A DNA stretch of 63,556 nt, filler included, from Squatina squatina (GCA_031763465.1; 4 parts of 4 records of this genome joined end to end with filler, not necessarily neighbours in it), one strand, 5' to 3'. Positions 49,381-62,879 are shown, counted from the whole stretch's first letter. Made by a program: numbers and translations. Notes: generated from the letters alone by a model not told the origin.

Positions 49381-51413
49381 CATACAGGCAGACATTGACC
49401 AATGGTGTCTTCCATTTATGTCATTGTGTATCTGTCTGAAACAAGGTTTTCCTAAAGTGTGTTTGTGAAGATGGTGTTCCATCCATCCTGGATGTATCAG
49501 AAGTACAATACTGCAGAAGTATAATACTCCTCTCCCTAACATCTGGTTGCAGCTGCTTTTACTTATAACCACTTTCTATGCCCCGAAGGGCCTGTACAAT
49601 TCTACACTCTAAGAACTGCAAAACACTGTTATAACCCTCAGCAAGGGTAGAAATACAGACAGTAAAACTGTAAGGAGAGCCTGAAGGTATCCAACGGTCA
49701 TTCTGAAGCAATGGAATAACTGAGAATTCCTGGTTATTGTGAGTGCTGAAGGACTTTTTAACCTCGCTCAATCTTGCCTTCCTCCTGGGTATCACTCATA
49801 GCTTGTAAAAACACACAACGTTGGTTCACAGTCCAGTAGCTTGGGACAAATCAGGTTTGTTGTCTCAAGAGTAAAGTAAAAGTATGGACGATAATGTCAG
49901 CTTTTGTCACAGCGATGTGATTTTTAAAACAGAAGTAACAATAGAGATTCTGTGCTTCATATCTATAAACCATTTCAATTATAAAGGTTATTTTTCCCTA
50001 ATGGCCCCCTGCTTTTAATAATTTGGACAGTGCTTGTTGCTGCTGAACCATGATTGCACCTAATGACAACTGAGTATTGAGAAATGCATCATCTTAAGGC
50101 ATAGAGATACTGGCATCAAAATCCTAACACAGTCATCACTAAAACTGCTAACAATTAAAAAAAAAAAATTTCTTGCCATATTGAAAGGAGGAATGCATCT
50201 GCATAAAGGCGCTGCACCAGCATCACGATATTAATACACGCTCTGAAACAGAAACAAAATCAGTGGACAATACAACAAAACTAGTTAAAAATGAGAACTG
50301 AAAAGAGATTTTAGCTTCCGAAAATGAAGGCTTTGTGGATTATTGAAACATATTGTAGCTGCAACCTTTACATGAACTTCTAAATAGTTTGGTGCTCACT
50401 AACCTTATGGTGACTTTTTTAAATTCATTCCCTGGATGTGGGCGTCGGTGGCAAGGCCAGCATTTATTGTCCTTAACTGAGTGGTTTGCTAGGCCATTGC
50501 AGGGGGCTGGNNNNNNNNNNNNNNNNNNNNNNNNNNNNNNNNNNNNNNNNNNNNNNNNNNNNNNNNNNNNNNNNNNNNNNNNNNNNNNNNNNNNNNNNNN
50601 NNNNNNNNNNGGCCTCTGATCTCCCCACCACTCCGGCCCTGGATTGTCTTCCCAGCCTCCCCATTCTGGCCCCTGATCCTCCTCTGGCCCCCAACCACCA
50701 CCCACCCTCCCCCAACCACCCCCATCCCCAGTCCTGACTCCCTCCTCTCTGCAGCCTAGTGCTGCAGGCCTACCCGCTGGCTGGCTGCAGATGGGAAACC
50801 GTGTTTTCAAGTGCTCACTTGCCCCGCTCCCGAACTGCCTCCAGATTAAGGCCTAAGCCTTTATTAATAAAGCCAAGAATCCCGTATGCTTTTTTAACAG
50901 CTTTCTCAACTTGTCCTGCCACCTTCACAGATTTGCGTACGTTCACCCCCAGGTCTTTCTGTGGCTGCACCCCTTTTATGTTATATAGAGAAATGCAGTT
51001 GTCAATTTATACACTATCAGACCCCACAAACAGCAAACAAAATAAATGACCAGTCCATTTGATTTGTGGTGGTGGTTGAGGGTTAAGTGCTGGCCATGAC
51101 TCCGGGAGAACTTCTGTGCTCCATAATGTCAATGCATTTCCTACGTCTACCTGACAGGCATGCGGACCCTCACATTGTGGTCTCATCCAAAAGGTAGCAC
51201 CTTTAGAAATGCTGCAATCCCAATGCCGAGCTGGATTATATGCCGAAGTACTGGAGCGGGGCTTAAACCCAAGACTTCTGATCTAGAGGTGAGAGTGCTA
51301 CCATGCAGCCAAGCTGATGGCTTAATTTCAAAACTCCTTTAAACACATTTTACTTGTATGTGTGAGTAACTCCTAGGCCATTTTCAGAAATATCTTTAGC
51401 CCAGTTGTTGAAC

Positions 51414-51513
51414 NNNNNNNNNNNNNNNNNNNNNNNNNNNNNNNNNNNNNNNNNNNNTTAATTAATTAANNNNNNNNNNNNNNNNNNNNNNNNNNNNNNN
51501 NNNNNNNNNNNNN
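51414..51513. other. Artificial scaffold-joining linker N44-TTAATTAATTAA-N44
   Basis: Same structure; an MKRN2 exon begins abruptly, mid-codon, right after it. Confidence 0.95.
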
Positions 51514-51649
51514 GTATGGAGATAGTCTATGACAAAATGATACCATCCGAGAGAAGATTTGGAATTCTTTCTGACTGCATTCACCCGTATTGTCTGTCCT
51601 GCATCAGACAGTGGAGATGTGCAAAACAGTTTGAGAATAAAATAATCAA
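51514..51649 (+). CDS. MKRN2: Makorin-2 RING-finger exon (5'-truncated by scaffold start; equivalent to human exon 5)
   Basis: Translates (C)[44 protein letters not shown](K), the makorin C3HC4 RING core; GTGAGT donor at 51650; phase 2 joins the next exon in frame. Confidence 0.96.
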
Positions 51650-53662
51650 GTGAGTGTAACTGGTTTTGTGGGCCAATAAATGACTACTTTTCAATATTGA
51701 TACACTGATAAATATAAATCACAATCATTTTACGGCCTGTAAAACAAGTGGCCAACAACTTTAATGAGGCTTTTTGAATGGGTACAAACATTGGTACGGT
51801 GGCGAGTTGGTTGGTAAGCTGGAGAGTTTTTCTTGAATGCGCCAAGGTTAATGTATTTGGCATTTATGCAGCATGTATTTTGGGAAAGAGAAAACCCATC
51901 AAAAACAGAAAAATCCTTTCTTTAAACTGGGCCAGTCTAATTTGTTGCATAATATTTACATACGAAATTGGATACCTTGCAGTGAAGCCATTGATGATCA
52001 TGCACTGCACTTATGCAAGTGTGTGAGAAAAGTTTCTGTTGGCTAAGTTGGTTATCCATTTTTAGAAAGCATTTCAGTCCATGGATATGTGTCCTAAACA
52101 TTGGTCTGAGGGTATTGATACCATTATTGGTGTGGAGGAAGTTTAACTTGTTGAGGCAAAGAACTTGTATCAAAGAGACACTCATTTGTACCAGAGATTC
52201 CCAATGTTTCTGCTTGTACTGTTTGGGAAACCATGGGCAAGTTGACATTTGCTCTGTACTGGGTAATCAGTGCCCTGCACTAGCTAGTCATAATACTGGA
52301 TCTATTGATACCGGAAGAAATCATTTTTTTTAAAATAAGAGTACAGTTTTTGGAGCTAATATTTCCTGTTCTTAAAAATTCTACATTGCTGTCACGTATT
52401 GACAAACTATGGTCAGATGTGCCCGGGGTCAGGGTCAAAGCAGGATCGCAGGAACATCTGATAAGGAGATCTCCATTTGATGGTTCCCACGAGCTTGCAG
52501 TGATGAGTGTGACTTCACAATCAAATCAGAAAGGAAATATGGTCCTTGAGACAAGAGGAAAGAAAGTGGAATTGGAAACATCCACGTTCCACTCAGCTCT
52601 TTCAGGCCAATTACTTCATTAAAAAAAATGTTTAATGTTTAAAAACATACTTGCCTTAATGGGAATNNNNNNNNNNNNNNNNNNNNNNNNNNNNNNNNNN
52701 NNNNNNNNNNNNNNNNNNNNNNNNNNNNNNGTCTGGTTTGATTACATGTCTGTATCGAGCCATAGTATCAGTTGGCGAGCTACAATTATCTCTAGTGCTT
52801 CTGGGTTAAGGAGGGGAAAAGCACCAGTGGATTCGGAGTACTTAGTTATATAATCAAAGGGTTGCGATAAGTCTGAAATGTGAAGTTAAAGCGGTTTGTG
52901 CATATCCTCTGGACCCTTTAATTACCCTTTAATATGCTCCAAGGTGATTTGTTTGTCTCCGCTATAAGAGTTTAAAAAAAATTATTTTGCTGTTCAACCT
53001 CAAAGTGAATGGCTACAGTCTATTTTGACAGGAAATTACTGATTGTTGTGTCGTAATGCAGAGGTTCCCAAACTTCCTTTTTGCTGAGCCCCTCTTCAGA
53101 GATTCACGTTCCATTCATGCCCCTCTCTCTTTCTAAGAATCAATATTTTGTAGTCCCCAAAGAAATGTCAGAGTTCAATATTATTGGTTTCAAAAACTGG
53201 GAAAAAATTGAGACGTCCAAAATGCTCACCCTGCCTCCAGTCATGTAGGGACAATGTACGTCAAATAACCAACTACTTCAAGGACGTCTATTCTCCTGTA
53301 GCAGTTAGATGCTACAGGAATGTCTTTCAATGTAACTAACGTAGCCTTGCATAGCGAGAGGAGATGCATTATCGGGTAACCTTTGCACAGGATGTTCGAG
53401 ACCCCACAGATTTTTAGAAGCGGACATTGAACCAATCAGAGCTGCTTCTGCCGCCCTTACAATCTCTTCTCAATTCAACATGTTTAAAGCCTGTACCATA
53501 TTAATATTATGTGTATGTATGTATAATTAGGATATTCGGAATGCATTTATAAATTGAATCTGCCAATTCCTTCAATCATCCATTTAGGTTTATGATTGAT
53601 AAAGCATTTTATATGTTTGTTTCATTTAAAATCTGAGTTTTATTTTTAAATTGTTGTCATAG

Positions 53663-53773
53663 GTCCTGCCCTGAGTGTCGAGTGGTGTCTGAATTTGTGA
53701 TCCCTAGTGCTTACTGGGTGGAGGAGAAAGAGGAAAAGGACCTGCTTATTGAAGCATTCAAGCAGGGAATGAG
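53663..53773 (+). CDS. MKRN2: Makorin-2 exon, 111 nt (end of RING)
   Basis: ttgtcatAG acceptor, GTTAGG donor; (K)[36 protein letters not shown](S); phases 2/2 match both neighbours. Confidence 0.96.
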
Positions 53774-56594
53774 GTTAGGAGTTCTTCCTTTTATGAAATG
53801 GGTTATTGAATTTCCACTAGTGGAGATTGTCTAAAATCAGAATGAAGATGGTTAATGAAAAGTTAAATTAATCTAAATTAAATTCTTTGAGTCAAATAGT
53901 TATGTCCCTCGGTTGTGTGACAGAGTTTCATATTGTTACAACTAGAAGGATGTGCATGTGGCTTGGCACGTGAGCCTTCTGTTGAACCAGCTCTGGATTT
54001 ACAGAAAAAAAAATTAGGTTATATAAACACCTTGTGGTCAGGAGGCATTCATTTTTTAAAATATCCAAATGGACACTACAGTTTATAGTACTATACTCTT
54101 AAGGTTAAGTTTCTCTATTTAAAATAATGTTTTTTTTCTTGCCTGGCCAGTCCACCTTAGGGATCTTGTTGATGCTAGGAATCAGCAGTGAGAGAAAGCA
54201 ATGAAAGATTGGGAGATGGTGCTATCCAGCGTCCACATAGCAAATGGAAGCCCTCTGTTGGTTTCAACAGAGCACATTGACTTTATGCATGCTGGGAAAA
54301 CCTTGCTTCTACTTGCATTCTCTTGCTGGAATAGTATTTAATTCTGACACCAGTAGCAGAGTTGATGTGAACAGAGCCACTTGGAACCTGCTAAAGGTTG
54401 GAGGTGAGGGGGTACTGGACTAGAGTGCGCTATGAGTGGCATTGCCTAGGCTTTCATTTCCTTGGTAAATTTGGTCCATTTGCTTGAAGACTTTCTTTGT
54501 AACTTCGAGCTTGTGCTGTAGATCGTGTACATTTTGGAAATTGTTCAAAGGAGATTTTTTTTTTTTAACATTCATGGTTAATAAATGTATCCACTGCCAT
54601 GGGTATCTTGCTGGTATTTAAATAGGAGTTACAAAACTTCATTTTGCTTCTGCTGTTTTTCTCCAGTAAATAAAAGTTGTGTGGAAAACAAAATGCAAAT
54701 TACCTTACTGATACTCTTTAATACACTAAAACAAATTCAACAATGGACAGATTGGTAAGAGTAGACAATGACTTTATATTTCAATTAAAGCCTAGAATAG
54801 CTTCATATAATATGGTTTGCTGATGTGTGGGACTCAATATTGTGATATCAGATAATATTTTTTGAAATTTGGTACACTTGAGTTCAGGCATAAATAAGAT
54901 TGTGTAGGCAAACAACTGTGAAGATGGTGAGTTCTGGTGCATGGTGAGTGTTTTGCCCATGTCCTGACTGCATGCTAGCTTAACGCAATATCTTTTGTCC
55001 AATGCCAAGCGCAAGAGAAGGGAAATCCATGTTGGAGATAACTGAAAAAATTCAGTAGTATCAAAAATTCAAAGTGGTCTCACTCCATCCTCCTGAACTT
55101 CTGTTGAGAGGAGGGTATAAGGACGTGTGTGTTCGTGAGGCTAAATCAGAAAGTACAAGTTTATAATAACACGTGCGAGAAACTTGTTGGAACCAGTATA
55201 GCACTTGCACAATTTCATGCTCAATTTTCCAACAGAGTGAATGTGGAACCAAAAATTGAAACCTTGCAGGTTTTTTTACTCCCACCAATTTTCTCCCCAC
55301 CTTCCCGAAGGCATTGGCTGTTTGACTTAAATTTATTTTACAGAGCTGTCGTGAAAACAGCCAAGGGAGTTTAAAAGGTGAACATTGTGCCTCTATCTTG
55401 GGACTGTCTATAAATAGATCTACAAAAGGTCATTGATAACTTGTGGGAATATACACACAGTCTATGATGTAAGTTCAAACAAAGGCCTTTACAGCATATT
55501 GCTGTTTTCCCCAAAGGGAGCAAGGTTGCTACAAGTAAAATTAATTGTTAATCGCAATTTGTAGTGTACGATTAGGCTTTGGCATGTGAACTTACAGATG
55601 GAATATATATTTTAAGTATCCATTTGCTCCAAATAGTCTCTTTTTTCTGTTTTGAATTTACATCAAGATTTTTACTTTTAGTAGAATATATTCCTACTGA
55701 GATAAAGGAGTGATTACCGTATATGGTATGTGAACTGTATTCCTTCTAAAAATAAACTCAAATGTGTCATTAAAGTGTAATGTATATAGCAAAAATTGTT
55801 TCAGCATTGGCATAGTGTAGAGGTTGGTAATAAAGATTTTGCACACCAACTTGTATTTTAATGAGTGTGTAAATTGAGGAAAGATAATAAAGTCTGCTCT
55901 TAACCATCTCAAATTATGAGATTGTTTTTCTGTCTGTCATGGACAGTAATGTAAAATGTTGATTAATTTTCACCATACTTCGTCATTTTTCAACATTGGG
56001 CCGAAGAGGCGGACCAGTGGTGTCTTACATTTCTGTAAATACTGATGATTTGCAATAATATTAAGATGCTACTTTAGTTACTAAGAGGTTGGGAGGAGCC
56101 AAATGCTTATGTGTTTGTATTACATGTTTTTATCTTTGGCGCACACAAACCTTATCTCTGCCCACAGCACATCTTGTTCTAAGAATACACAGCACTTTGG
56201 GTGAAATAGCAGCTGCTCTTTTTTTAAAAAAAAAAACACATATATGGCTTTCAATATCAGTACCTTGAGGCAAGTTTACTGGTCACAGCTTTCAGAATCA
56301 TCAGCTTTTTACTTCCTGTTCCTGTTAGTTTTGTAATGTGTATGTTGGTCCCACTTTTCACATTCCTTCTACATTCCAGCATCCAAATGGGTCAAATTCA
56401 TGAGGCAGCTATANNNNNNNNNNNNNNNNNNNNNNNNNNNNNNNNNNNNNNNNNNNNNNNNNNNNNNNNNNNNNNNNNNNNNNNNNNNNNNNNNNNNNNN
56501 NNNNNNNNNNNNNCTCTCTCCCTCCCTTTTTAAAAAGTGGGGTTACATTAGCTACCCTCCAATCCTCAGGAACTACTCCAGAATCTAAAGCATC

Positions 56595-57021
56595 TTTTTA
56601 AAATTTTAAATTTGACATTTTTAAAATCTCCAACATAAATTAATACCTGAAGGAATGAGACTCCACACTTGTAATAGTTAATATTCAGTGCCAGAGAGGT
56701 TGATTGGTAGTAATTAAGTTAGCACGTCATTAAAGGGGTACATGCGCTTGAACTGACAAGGCTTAACTTTTGTTGCATGTGTTAGTTCGTATCTAGCTCG
56801 TAAATACAGCAACTTCATGTCATTCAATGCATTCAATGGGAAGCCAGACAGCGAGGTGCTGTTTTCACGAAGCTAACTGGGAGGTCGCAACTCGGAGAGC
56901 AATTTTTGGAATTTGCGCTTAGCCACACATCAGCCTCTCGCTGAAGTTGCTGTACCATTCACACACAAATAACGGCGAGCACCATTAGCCTCACCATTAT
57001 TTTGACGGCAATATCATGCCC
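56595..57021. mobile_element. Right part of a probable non-autonomous DNA element in an MKRN2 intron
   Basis: Ends GCAATATCATGCCC (a GGGC..ATTGC-type end); internal inverted repeat TACAGCAACTTCA / TGAAGTTGCTGTA. Confidence 0.35.
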
Positions 57022-57512
57022 GTTATATCTAAACCATGAAGTGGACATACTCCCAGGCGTAAGCTATTGCTATTCATAATCCAGCAACAAGATAGTAGAA
57101 AAGAATCTATTCACTGAGTGCAGCTGAAGAGGAAGTAAAAAATGTACCATAATAGTTACATGATGTATAAATTAGTATTTCTATCAAAGGAAAAGGGGTG
57201 CAGGTGGTCAGTGAATTATATTCAGATTTAGCTTGATCTTGTACATGGGTGTGATTGAGTTAATATTAAATAGAACAAAAAGGTGTTCAGCAATGCAAAA
57301 TGGTTAACAATGATAGGATAATTACTGATAATTCCACACGTGTGGAGCATTGCAGATGACTATTCTGGAGCCTTGAATACTGTAGCTGGAGAGTGAAGTG
57401 CAGTTATAAAGTGTACTTTGGTTTTGTCCAAAACTAGATTACCAAATGCAGCAGTAGATGTGGATTAAATGTATATTCTTCCTTTCTAATTTTTTCTATT
57501 GTCACTTAACAG

Positions 57513-57657
57513 TAAGAAGGCTTGTAAATACTTTGACAAGGGGAAAGGGTCCTGTCCGTTTGGTGGAAAGTGCCTTTACCTTCACGCTTACCCTGATGGA
57601 ACGATGGCAGAGCCTGAGCAGCCAAGAAAACAGCTGAGTTCTGAAGGCAATGTGAGG
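57513..57657 (+). CDS. MKRN2: Makorin-2 exon, 145 nt (C-terminal C3H zinc finger)
   Basis: Pyrimidine tract and acAG acceptor, GTAAAT donor; (S)[48 protein letters not shown]. Confidence 0.97.
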
Positions 57658-58546
57658 GTAAATAATCTAAGCACCAGATATTTCATCATAACATTGTGTT
57701 GGTGAACTTTGTGTTCCTCCTAGGGCTGTTGAAATGCAGCAGCTGGTGAGGCATTATCTAGGACCCTTGATGCCACTGCCTAAACGTGGTGATCGTTAAC
57801 ATGGAGCTATCTAGTTTAGCACACTGACGGTACAAACTTTGAATGTGCTTATTTANNNNNNNNNNNNNNNNNNNNNNNNNNNNNNNNNNNNNNNNNNNNN
57901 NNNNNNNNNNNNNNNNNNNNNNNNNNNNNNNNNNNNNNNNNNNNNNNNNNNNNNNTCCATTTTGTTTGACAAGACTCCATTTTAAGGCCCAGATTATTGT
58001 CCAGAAAGTCTCAATTTGGGCACAATTCTACAGCTTGGTGTCCTATTTGGTCCCGAGCTCAGTTTCCAAGCCCATATCATCTGCGTCACAAAGATTGACT
58101 ACCACTACCATTGTAAAATCGTCCGTCTCTGCCCCTGCATCAGCCCATCTGCTCCTGAAACCTTCATCCATGTCTGTATTGCCTCCAGACTCGCCTATTC
58201 CAAGGTGCTCTTGGCCGGCTTCTCATCCACCCTCTTTATGATCATACAAAACCCTGCTGTCCATAGCCTATCCCACACGATCCCAATGACCTATCACCCT
58301 TGTGCTTGCTGACCTAAATTGGCTCCCAGTCCCCCAACACCTCAAATTTAGAATTCTAATCCTTGTGTTTAAATTGCTTGCCAATCCCTATCTCTGTAAC
58401 CCTTCAAGAACACTCCATTCTTCCAACTCTGACCTCTTCTACATCCTGAAACCCCTTCAACACTTTAGGCCTGAAGCTTTGGCATTTCCTCCCTAAACCT
58501 CTCTGCTTCTCCACCTCTTCTTTTAAGACAGTCCTTAAAACTCAAT

Positions 58547-58915
58547 ATACAACATTATGAGGGGTTTTGATAGAGCAATTAGGGAGAAACTGTTTCCTCT
58601 GACAAGTGGGTCAGTAACCAGAGGTCATAGATTTAAAATAATTAGCAAAAGAACTAGAGGGGAAATGAGGAGAAATTATTTCACAGAAGGTTGTTATGAT
58701 CTGGAATGCACTAACTGAAAGGGTGGTGGAATCAGATTTTATAGGAACTTTCAAAAGGTAATTGGATATGTTTTTGAAGAGAACTAATTTGCAGGGTTAT
58801 GGGGTTAAAGCTGGGGTGTGGGATTAAATTCGACAGCTCTTTCAAAGAGTTGGCACAGGCATGACTGGTTGAATGGCCTACTTCTGTGTTGTAAGATTCT
58901 ATGATTCTATTCTTT
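58547..58915 (+). mobile_element. CR1 LINE 3' fragment with ATTCTATG tail, directly upstream of the MMAA exon
   Basis: IMRGFDRAIREKLFPL..TRGHRFKI; tail GATTCTATGATTCTATTC. Confidence 0.88.
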
Positions 58916-59113
58916 GATTCTTTTTGATAGTTTACTAATCTGTTACCCATTGTTTGTATGGCCGCTTCAGATACTTTGTGAAACCTGGTTGCCAAGAGAT
59001 CACTGTAGACTACAGTTTTTTTTAACGTGAATTAGCAGTATTAGGACGTGGAACATTTCAAAATTGCAACATTCTTGAAATGGTGTCAAATATAGTTGTA
59101 CTATATTTCATGA

Positions 59114-59350
<237 letters not shown>

Positions 59351-59780
59351 TAATCAACTTAATTTTGCACTGATTTTGAAATCCCAAATTGCACCGTACC
59401 CCTGGTTTGTAGCTTTTTGATTATTTTAAGATTTAACATTCAAGCTATCCTGACGGCCTGTTACATTCGCCTGCAATTGACATTAGGTGGTTATAGCCCT
59501 CTTTGTAATTTGTGAAAGTAGTAGAATGAGTTATTTAATTCATTACTTTGAGAACAAATTGCATCCATTTCAGTCCAAGCAACTATTGAGCATTGCCATT
59601 GGCAAGTTAGGATGATTCTCCCAAAATTTAGTGAACTTATTCCCTTGGTAAAAAAGGAACTGAATACTACCTGATTAATATTTTTGCAATAAAAATAGTT
59701 CATAACTTGTCTGCAATTATATATTTTAAAATAGGTTCTGGGGGAAAAAAAATGGTGCATTTGTTTTCTTTAACCTGCAG

Positions 59781-59963
59781 TTCCTTCACTCGGTGCGACT
59801 GTGGGATTTTATTGAAGAGCGGGAGCACAGGGATGTTCCCCAGCATACAAGTGAAGATGAAGTGGCAGAGCTTGGAGATCTCTTCATGCATCTTTCAGGA
59901 GCAGATGAGCGCACTGCATCCAGTGAGAGTCAGGCTGATCAGCCTGTTTCTGTAGTGTTATAA
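59781..59963 (+). CDS. MKRN2: Makorin-2 last coding exon
   Basis: ttttctttaacctgcAG acceptor, phase 0; [69 protein letters not shown] and [11 protein letters not shown] are MKRN2 C-terminal motifs. Confidence 0.95.
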   Translation, partial: FLHSVRLWDFIEEREHRDVPQHTSEDEVAELGDLFMHLSGADERTASSESQADQPVSVVL

Positions 59964-60278
59964 GATGCTATCAACTAAATTACAGCTTACTTCTGCTGAA
60001 ACACATAACTGATTCACCTAAACATGAAAGCTTGGTTCAAAATTATGTTTGAACTAGAACTGCTATATAATGGGAACAAATGGTACAATGAAACTGTGGT
60101 TGAANNNNNNNNNNNNNNNNNNNNNNNNNNNNNNNNNNNNNNNNNNNNNNNNNNNNNNNNNNNNNNNNNNNNNNNNNNNNNNNNNNNNNNNNNNNNNNNN
60201 NNNNTGTTTGCTTTAGAAATGTCTTCTTTGATAAGCAAGTTGCTCGGATCATCATGTAGCATGCTGTATTATGTTGTC

Positions 60279-60284
60279 AATAAA
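60279..60284 (+). promoter_or_regulatory. Candidate MKRN2 polyadenylation signal AATAAA
   Basis: First + strand AATAAA in sequenced DNA after the MKRN2 stop; an N gap (60105-60204) intervenes. Confidence 0.4.
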
Positions 60285-60633
60285 TATCCATCTCCAATTC
60301 AGCCATTTTGCACCAGTGCACAGTCTGAAGCCTGGTGATAAGCACGGAAGGCAGGCAGTGTGGGAATGATACAACTGCCACACAAGAGTCCAGGGCGTAC
60401 AAGTCAGTTGTTTTTCCATCTCCAGAAAAGGCTTCATGAAATTTACCAGGAATCCACACATTAAATGAAATGGAAGCACTTTTACCTTACTAGTTACTAC
60501 CATTAAATCTGATCAACAGCAGCTTTCAGGATTGATTGCAAGTGAATGTCTGCTGCATATTATTCACCTGCCTGCACCACCCAAAAAAAACTTAACTGCG
60601 CAGCCCTCTGCATTGTTCTTGACTCGAGATCAG

Positions 60634-60774
60634 TTAGCAAGCAACCACTCTCGTTGATGTTAGAGTTAAAGGATTCAAGTCTTCAGTGTGTGCAGCTCGA
60701 TGTAGAGAGGGTTCCGAGGCACTACGGTGGATTTTGGGTAATGAATGTTGCAACAGTTCAACAGAAGATAAAAT
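60634..60774 (-). CDS. RAF1: RAF1 (c-Raf) last coding exon
   Basis: ttacAG acceptor, phase 0; [52 protein letters not shown] is the 14-3-3 site; HRAAHTED is RAF1-type rather than BRAF/ARAF-type; synteny with MKRN2. Confidence 0.95.
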   Translation of the reverse strand: MLSSVELLQHSLPKIHRSASEPSLHRAAHTEDLNPLTLTSTRVVAC

Positions 60775-61634
60775 CTGTAACAATTTCAGAAAGGAGGAAA
60801 TTTTAAAAATAGGCAATGACACTCAAAGCTAATACAGGCATTTTATGTAATTTAAATTACAACTATGACAATTCAAGTTATATAAAATTATGATTAGCAA
60901 CTTTTATCCATTCAAATCTAATCCATCCAACAGGATTTAATTTTATTCTTCTTTGTAATAACCTTTTGAAAAACCTTTTGCAATATCCGAATGCTGCAGG
61001 AGCTTTCTATCTATTCAACTGTTCAATAGAAATGCAGTTTTCTCTTTGTAACTCGATTACAAAAAATCCTGAAAGTACACTCCCAGTTCTATGTCTGGAT
61101 GCTATTAATCATCTCCTGCATTTATTTTATTCTGCATCTAGAATTCCATATGATTATATAAACTGAAACATGAGCCTTCAGATTCCTAATGCAGTCAATC
61201 ATTCCAGTCTACCTATGGGAATGCAACTTACTGGTAGAATTGGGAGCCTTGTGCCTCAAGGCTAATTGTACTCATCTCCTGCAAAGCTCAGAGTTTGTTT
61301 CCCTAACATTACTTCTAAATCAAAGCCAAATCAAAATGTTCTTTACATGTAAAATTTACAGCAGATTGAACTAAAAATATCCAAAAATGCTTTTTAAAAA
61401 TTTAAGTTCAACTAGTAGAGGTCCATAACTTCAAATTAAATTAGTTCATAAATGAGCAATGCAATGAGTTAATTCTTTTATTACAGCACTTGTCATACAA
61501 TATTATAAAAGAGGTAGGGTTGAGTACTCATTTTNNNNNNNNNNNNNNNNNNNNNNNNNNNNNNNNNNNNNNNNNNNNNNNNNNNNNNNNNNNNNNNNNN
61601 NNNNNNNNNNNNNNNNNNNNNNNNNNNNNNNNNN

Positions 61635-62007
61635 GACATTCCAAAACTCTGTACAGCCAATTAAGTACTTTTGAAGTGAAGTATAGTCACTGTTGTAATG
61701 CAGGAAATGCAGCACCCAATTTGCGCACAGCAAGCTCCCACAAGCAGCACTGTAATAAAGGCCAGATAATCTGTTTTAGTGATGTTGATTAAGGGATAAA
61801 TATTGGCCAGGAGACACCAAGGAGAACTTCCCTCCTCATCTTCAAAATAGTGCCAAGGGATCTTTTACATCCACTCGAGAGCAGACAGGGCCTCGGTTTA
61901 ACGTCTCATCCGAAAGTCAGCACCTTTAACAGTGCAGCACTCCCTCAGTACTGCACTTGAAATTCAGCCTAAATTTTCGTGTTTGAAATCTGGAGTGGGA
62001 CATGACC

Positions 62008-62038
<31 letters not shown>

Positions 62039-62058
62039 AGCCAACTGAGCCGCGGCTG
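61635..62058 (-). mobile_element. DeuSINE (SacSINE1/AmnSINE1-like), near full length
   Basis: tRNA-like head GGCTCAGTTGG plus Deu core GTGCAGTACTGAGGGAGTGCTGCACTG...CTTTCGGATGAGACGTTAAACCGAGGCC...GATCCCTTGGCACTATTTTGAAG. Confidence 0.85.
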
Positions 62059-62439
62059 ATACTGATTGTCTGTAAAGATCCTGATCCAACAACTGATATA
62101 AAAAGGTTTGTGTAGGGATTCAAACCCTAGGTCACAGACTCAAGCAGGCTTGTTGCCTTGGATGCCTTCATTGCTTCGTGTCCATTCAGATCAAACTCAT
62201 TTATCACTACTTAATGCAATATGTACAACAGGGGATGCAGATGCCAGTACATCATTACTCACAGAAAGAGAAAACAGCTATAAAAGAATAGGAGAACCCT
62301 GGCTACGAGTATCATTAATTCTCAAAAGTGTTAAATGTGGAACTAAACTATACCACAATAGAGTTATTACTTAAATGTACACAAGATCAGAAGTCATGCC
62401 ACTGTACCACAGTGCTGATTTTTATGAAGTTGTACTCAC

Positions 62440-62616
62440 TCCATTCCTTGGGCAGCCTGACGAGCGATATCAATCAGCTGAAACATCTCCAGCTTTATGT
62501 CCTGCACATGTAAGTGCTGGTAGAGGCTGTTGCCTTCACACCACTGGGTGACAATAGCCAGGTTAAACTTGGTCATGTAGCCCATAAATAATAAGATGTT
62601 TACATGCCGTGTCTTC
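62440..62616 (-). CDS. RAF1: RAF1 kinase-domain exon, 177 nt (equivalent to human exon 12)
   Basis: ttttcttgtcgcAG acceptor, GTGAGT donor; (R)[58 protein letters not shown](D), including the gatekeeper/hinge TQWCEG. Confidence 0.96.
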
Positions 62617-62879
62617 CTGCGACAAGAAAACAGATCACTATCAGAAAAGCATCTGCTGTAAAAAAAAAAATTTAACATTTTATATTTTTTTCTTTGTCAA
62701 TTTCCTCCCCTCTCCTGAACATGTTGACTACATGCTAGGTTGATTAGGTGATAAACACCCACGTACTTCACCCAAGTGAGCATACTGACGTGTGAACCTT
62801 GATAGTATCTGAAGGCTACTTGATCAAAGTTTGATTCAGATACCTACACATTCATACTTCTGGTTGAGATACTGGATAG

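Noticed and set aside
62436-62441. RAF1 QGME substitution and early stop in the ORF track
   Set aside because: Read-through into the intron; the GA is completed by the next exon.
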